A DNA stretch of 64,000 nucleotides, from positions 960,001 through 1,024,000 of the forward strand of contig JASGHJ010000001.1 of the NCBI GenBank assembly GCA_047602405.1. The letters run 5' to 3'. Origin of the DNA: Anaeromyxobacteraceae bacterium (GTDB lineage Bacteria > Myxococcota > Myxococcia > Myxococcales > Anaeromyxobacteraceae). The position numbers were made by a program, and so were the translations under genes. The notes under the pieces were generated by a model. It saw nothing but the letters and a program-made list of their open reading frames with translations. It did no database searches and was not told the DNA's origin. Numbering within the stretch: position 1 is the first letter of the stretch; every line of letters starts with the position of its first letter. Positions 63,046 to 64,000 of the stretch are shown here, in pieces.

Positions 63046-64000
63046 CTACTCCCGCCCCAGCGCCCGCGAGATCTCCCGCGCGGTGAAGTCCACGAGCGGG
63101 ATCACCCGCGCGTAGTTCATCCGCGTGGGGCCGACGACGGCGAGCGTGCCGAGCACGTGCCCGCTCCGGCCGTACGGCGCGGCGACGACCGACACGTCCT
63201 CGACGGAGGCGAACTCGCTCTCGGCGCCGATGAAGATCTGCACCTCGCTCGCGCGCAGCACGCGGTCGAGCACGCGCAGGATCCGGTCCTTCTCGGCGAA
63301 CGCGCGGAGCAGGGCGCGCGCCTTGCGGACGTTGCCGAACTCGGGCGCGTCGAGGAAGCTCTCCTCGCCGCCGACGAGCACGCGGCCCTCGCTCGCCGGC
63401 GCGGCCTCGAACGTCTGCTCGGCGAGCGCGAGCGCCTTCGCGAGGAGGTCCTGCAGCGCGCTCTGGTCGGCGCGCATGTCGCCGAGGATGCCCTCGCGGA
63501 TGGAGGCGAGGTCGCGGGCGGTCGGCTGGGAGGCGCCGAGCTTCTCGGTGAGGTAGTGCGCGGCGCGCTCGAGCTCGGAGGGCTCCATCGGGAACTCGAG
63601 CTGGACGAGCTTGTTCGTGACGATCCCGGCCTCGGAGACGAAGACCGCCAGCACCCGGTTCTCGCGCAGGCGCACGAACTCGATCTGGCGCACCGGGTCC
63701 GCGGCGGGCGTGGGCGTCGTGACGACGCCGGCGTGGTGCGAGAGCGAGTGGAGCAGGTCCTTCGTGCCCTCGAGGAGCTGGCCGACGTCGCTCGCCTCCT
63801 GGGCGAGCTTCTCGATGCGCTCGCGGTCGCTCGGCGCGGGCGGGCGAACCTTGAGCAGCGAGTCGACGTAGAGCCGGTAGCCGCGCTCGGTCGGGATGCG
63901 GCCGGAGGACGCGTGCGGCTTCTCGAGGAAGCCGAGCGCCTCGAGGTCGGCCATCACGCTGCGGACGGTGGCAGGCGAGACCTCGAGCTCGTGGCGCGCG
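63046..64000 (-). CDS. hrcA: Heat-inducible transcription repressor HrcA (5' end outside the window)
   Basis: [41 protein letters not shown]-terminal [13 protein letters not shown]. Confidence 0.96.
   Translation of the reverse strand, partial: ARHELEVSPATVRSVMADLEALGFLEKPHASSGRIPTERGYRLYVDSLLKVRPPAPSDRERIEKLAQEASDVGQLLEGTKDLLHSLSHHAGVVTTPTPAADPVRQIEFVRLRENRVLAVFVSEAGIVTNKLVQLEFPMEPSELERAAHYLTEKLGASQPTARDLASIREGILGDMRADQSALQDLLAKALALAEQTFEAAPASEGRVLVGGEESFLDAPEFGNVRKARALLRAFAEKDRILRVLDRVLRASEVQIFIGAESEFASVEDVSVVAAPYGRSGHVLGTLAVVGPTRMNYARVIPLVDFTAREISRALGRE

Overview
A very GC-rich bacterial chromosomal segment. Gene content and codon style point to a myxobacterium, most like Anaeromyxobacter (inference). 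Most long ORFs in the supplied track are shadow frames of high-GC genes. The core genes, mostly on the minus strand, are larB (partial), a Dif-type chemosensory operon (MCP-cheW-cheY-cheA-cheC), thiL, a PocR-type histidine kinase coupled to an orphan MglA-family GTPase, a DinG helicase, pyruvate carboxylase, a site-2 protease, an LppC-like lipoprotein, and dnaJ, dnaK, grpE and hrcA (partial). The heat-shock genes are split by accessory blocks. The most notable accessory elements are: (1) an ECF sigma / membrane anti-sigma / exported caspase-fold protease operon; (2) a second chemosensory locus split over back-to-back sigma54-type promoters, with an intact CheA and an apparently catalytically dead CheA carrying a tandem MshEN-like (c-di-GMP-binding) motif; (3) two tandem Cys-rich GH3 lipoproteins that have both lost the catalytic motifs; (4) a receptor-L-domain-like lipoprotein and a lipoprotein with eight GxD(G)-x5-DD repeats; (5) a 24-aa sORF followed by a membrane-anchored GcvH-like protein lacking the lipoyl motif; (6) a frameshifted Cys-rich lipoprotein pair, two toxin-antitoxin-like pairs and a truncated Imm70-like remnant. 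No rRNA, tRNA, CRISPR array, integrase or transposase was recognised. All assignments come from reading motifs by eye; no searches were run.
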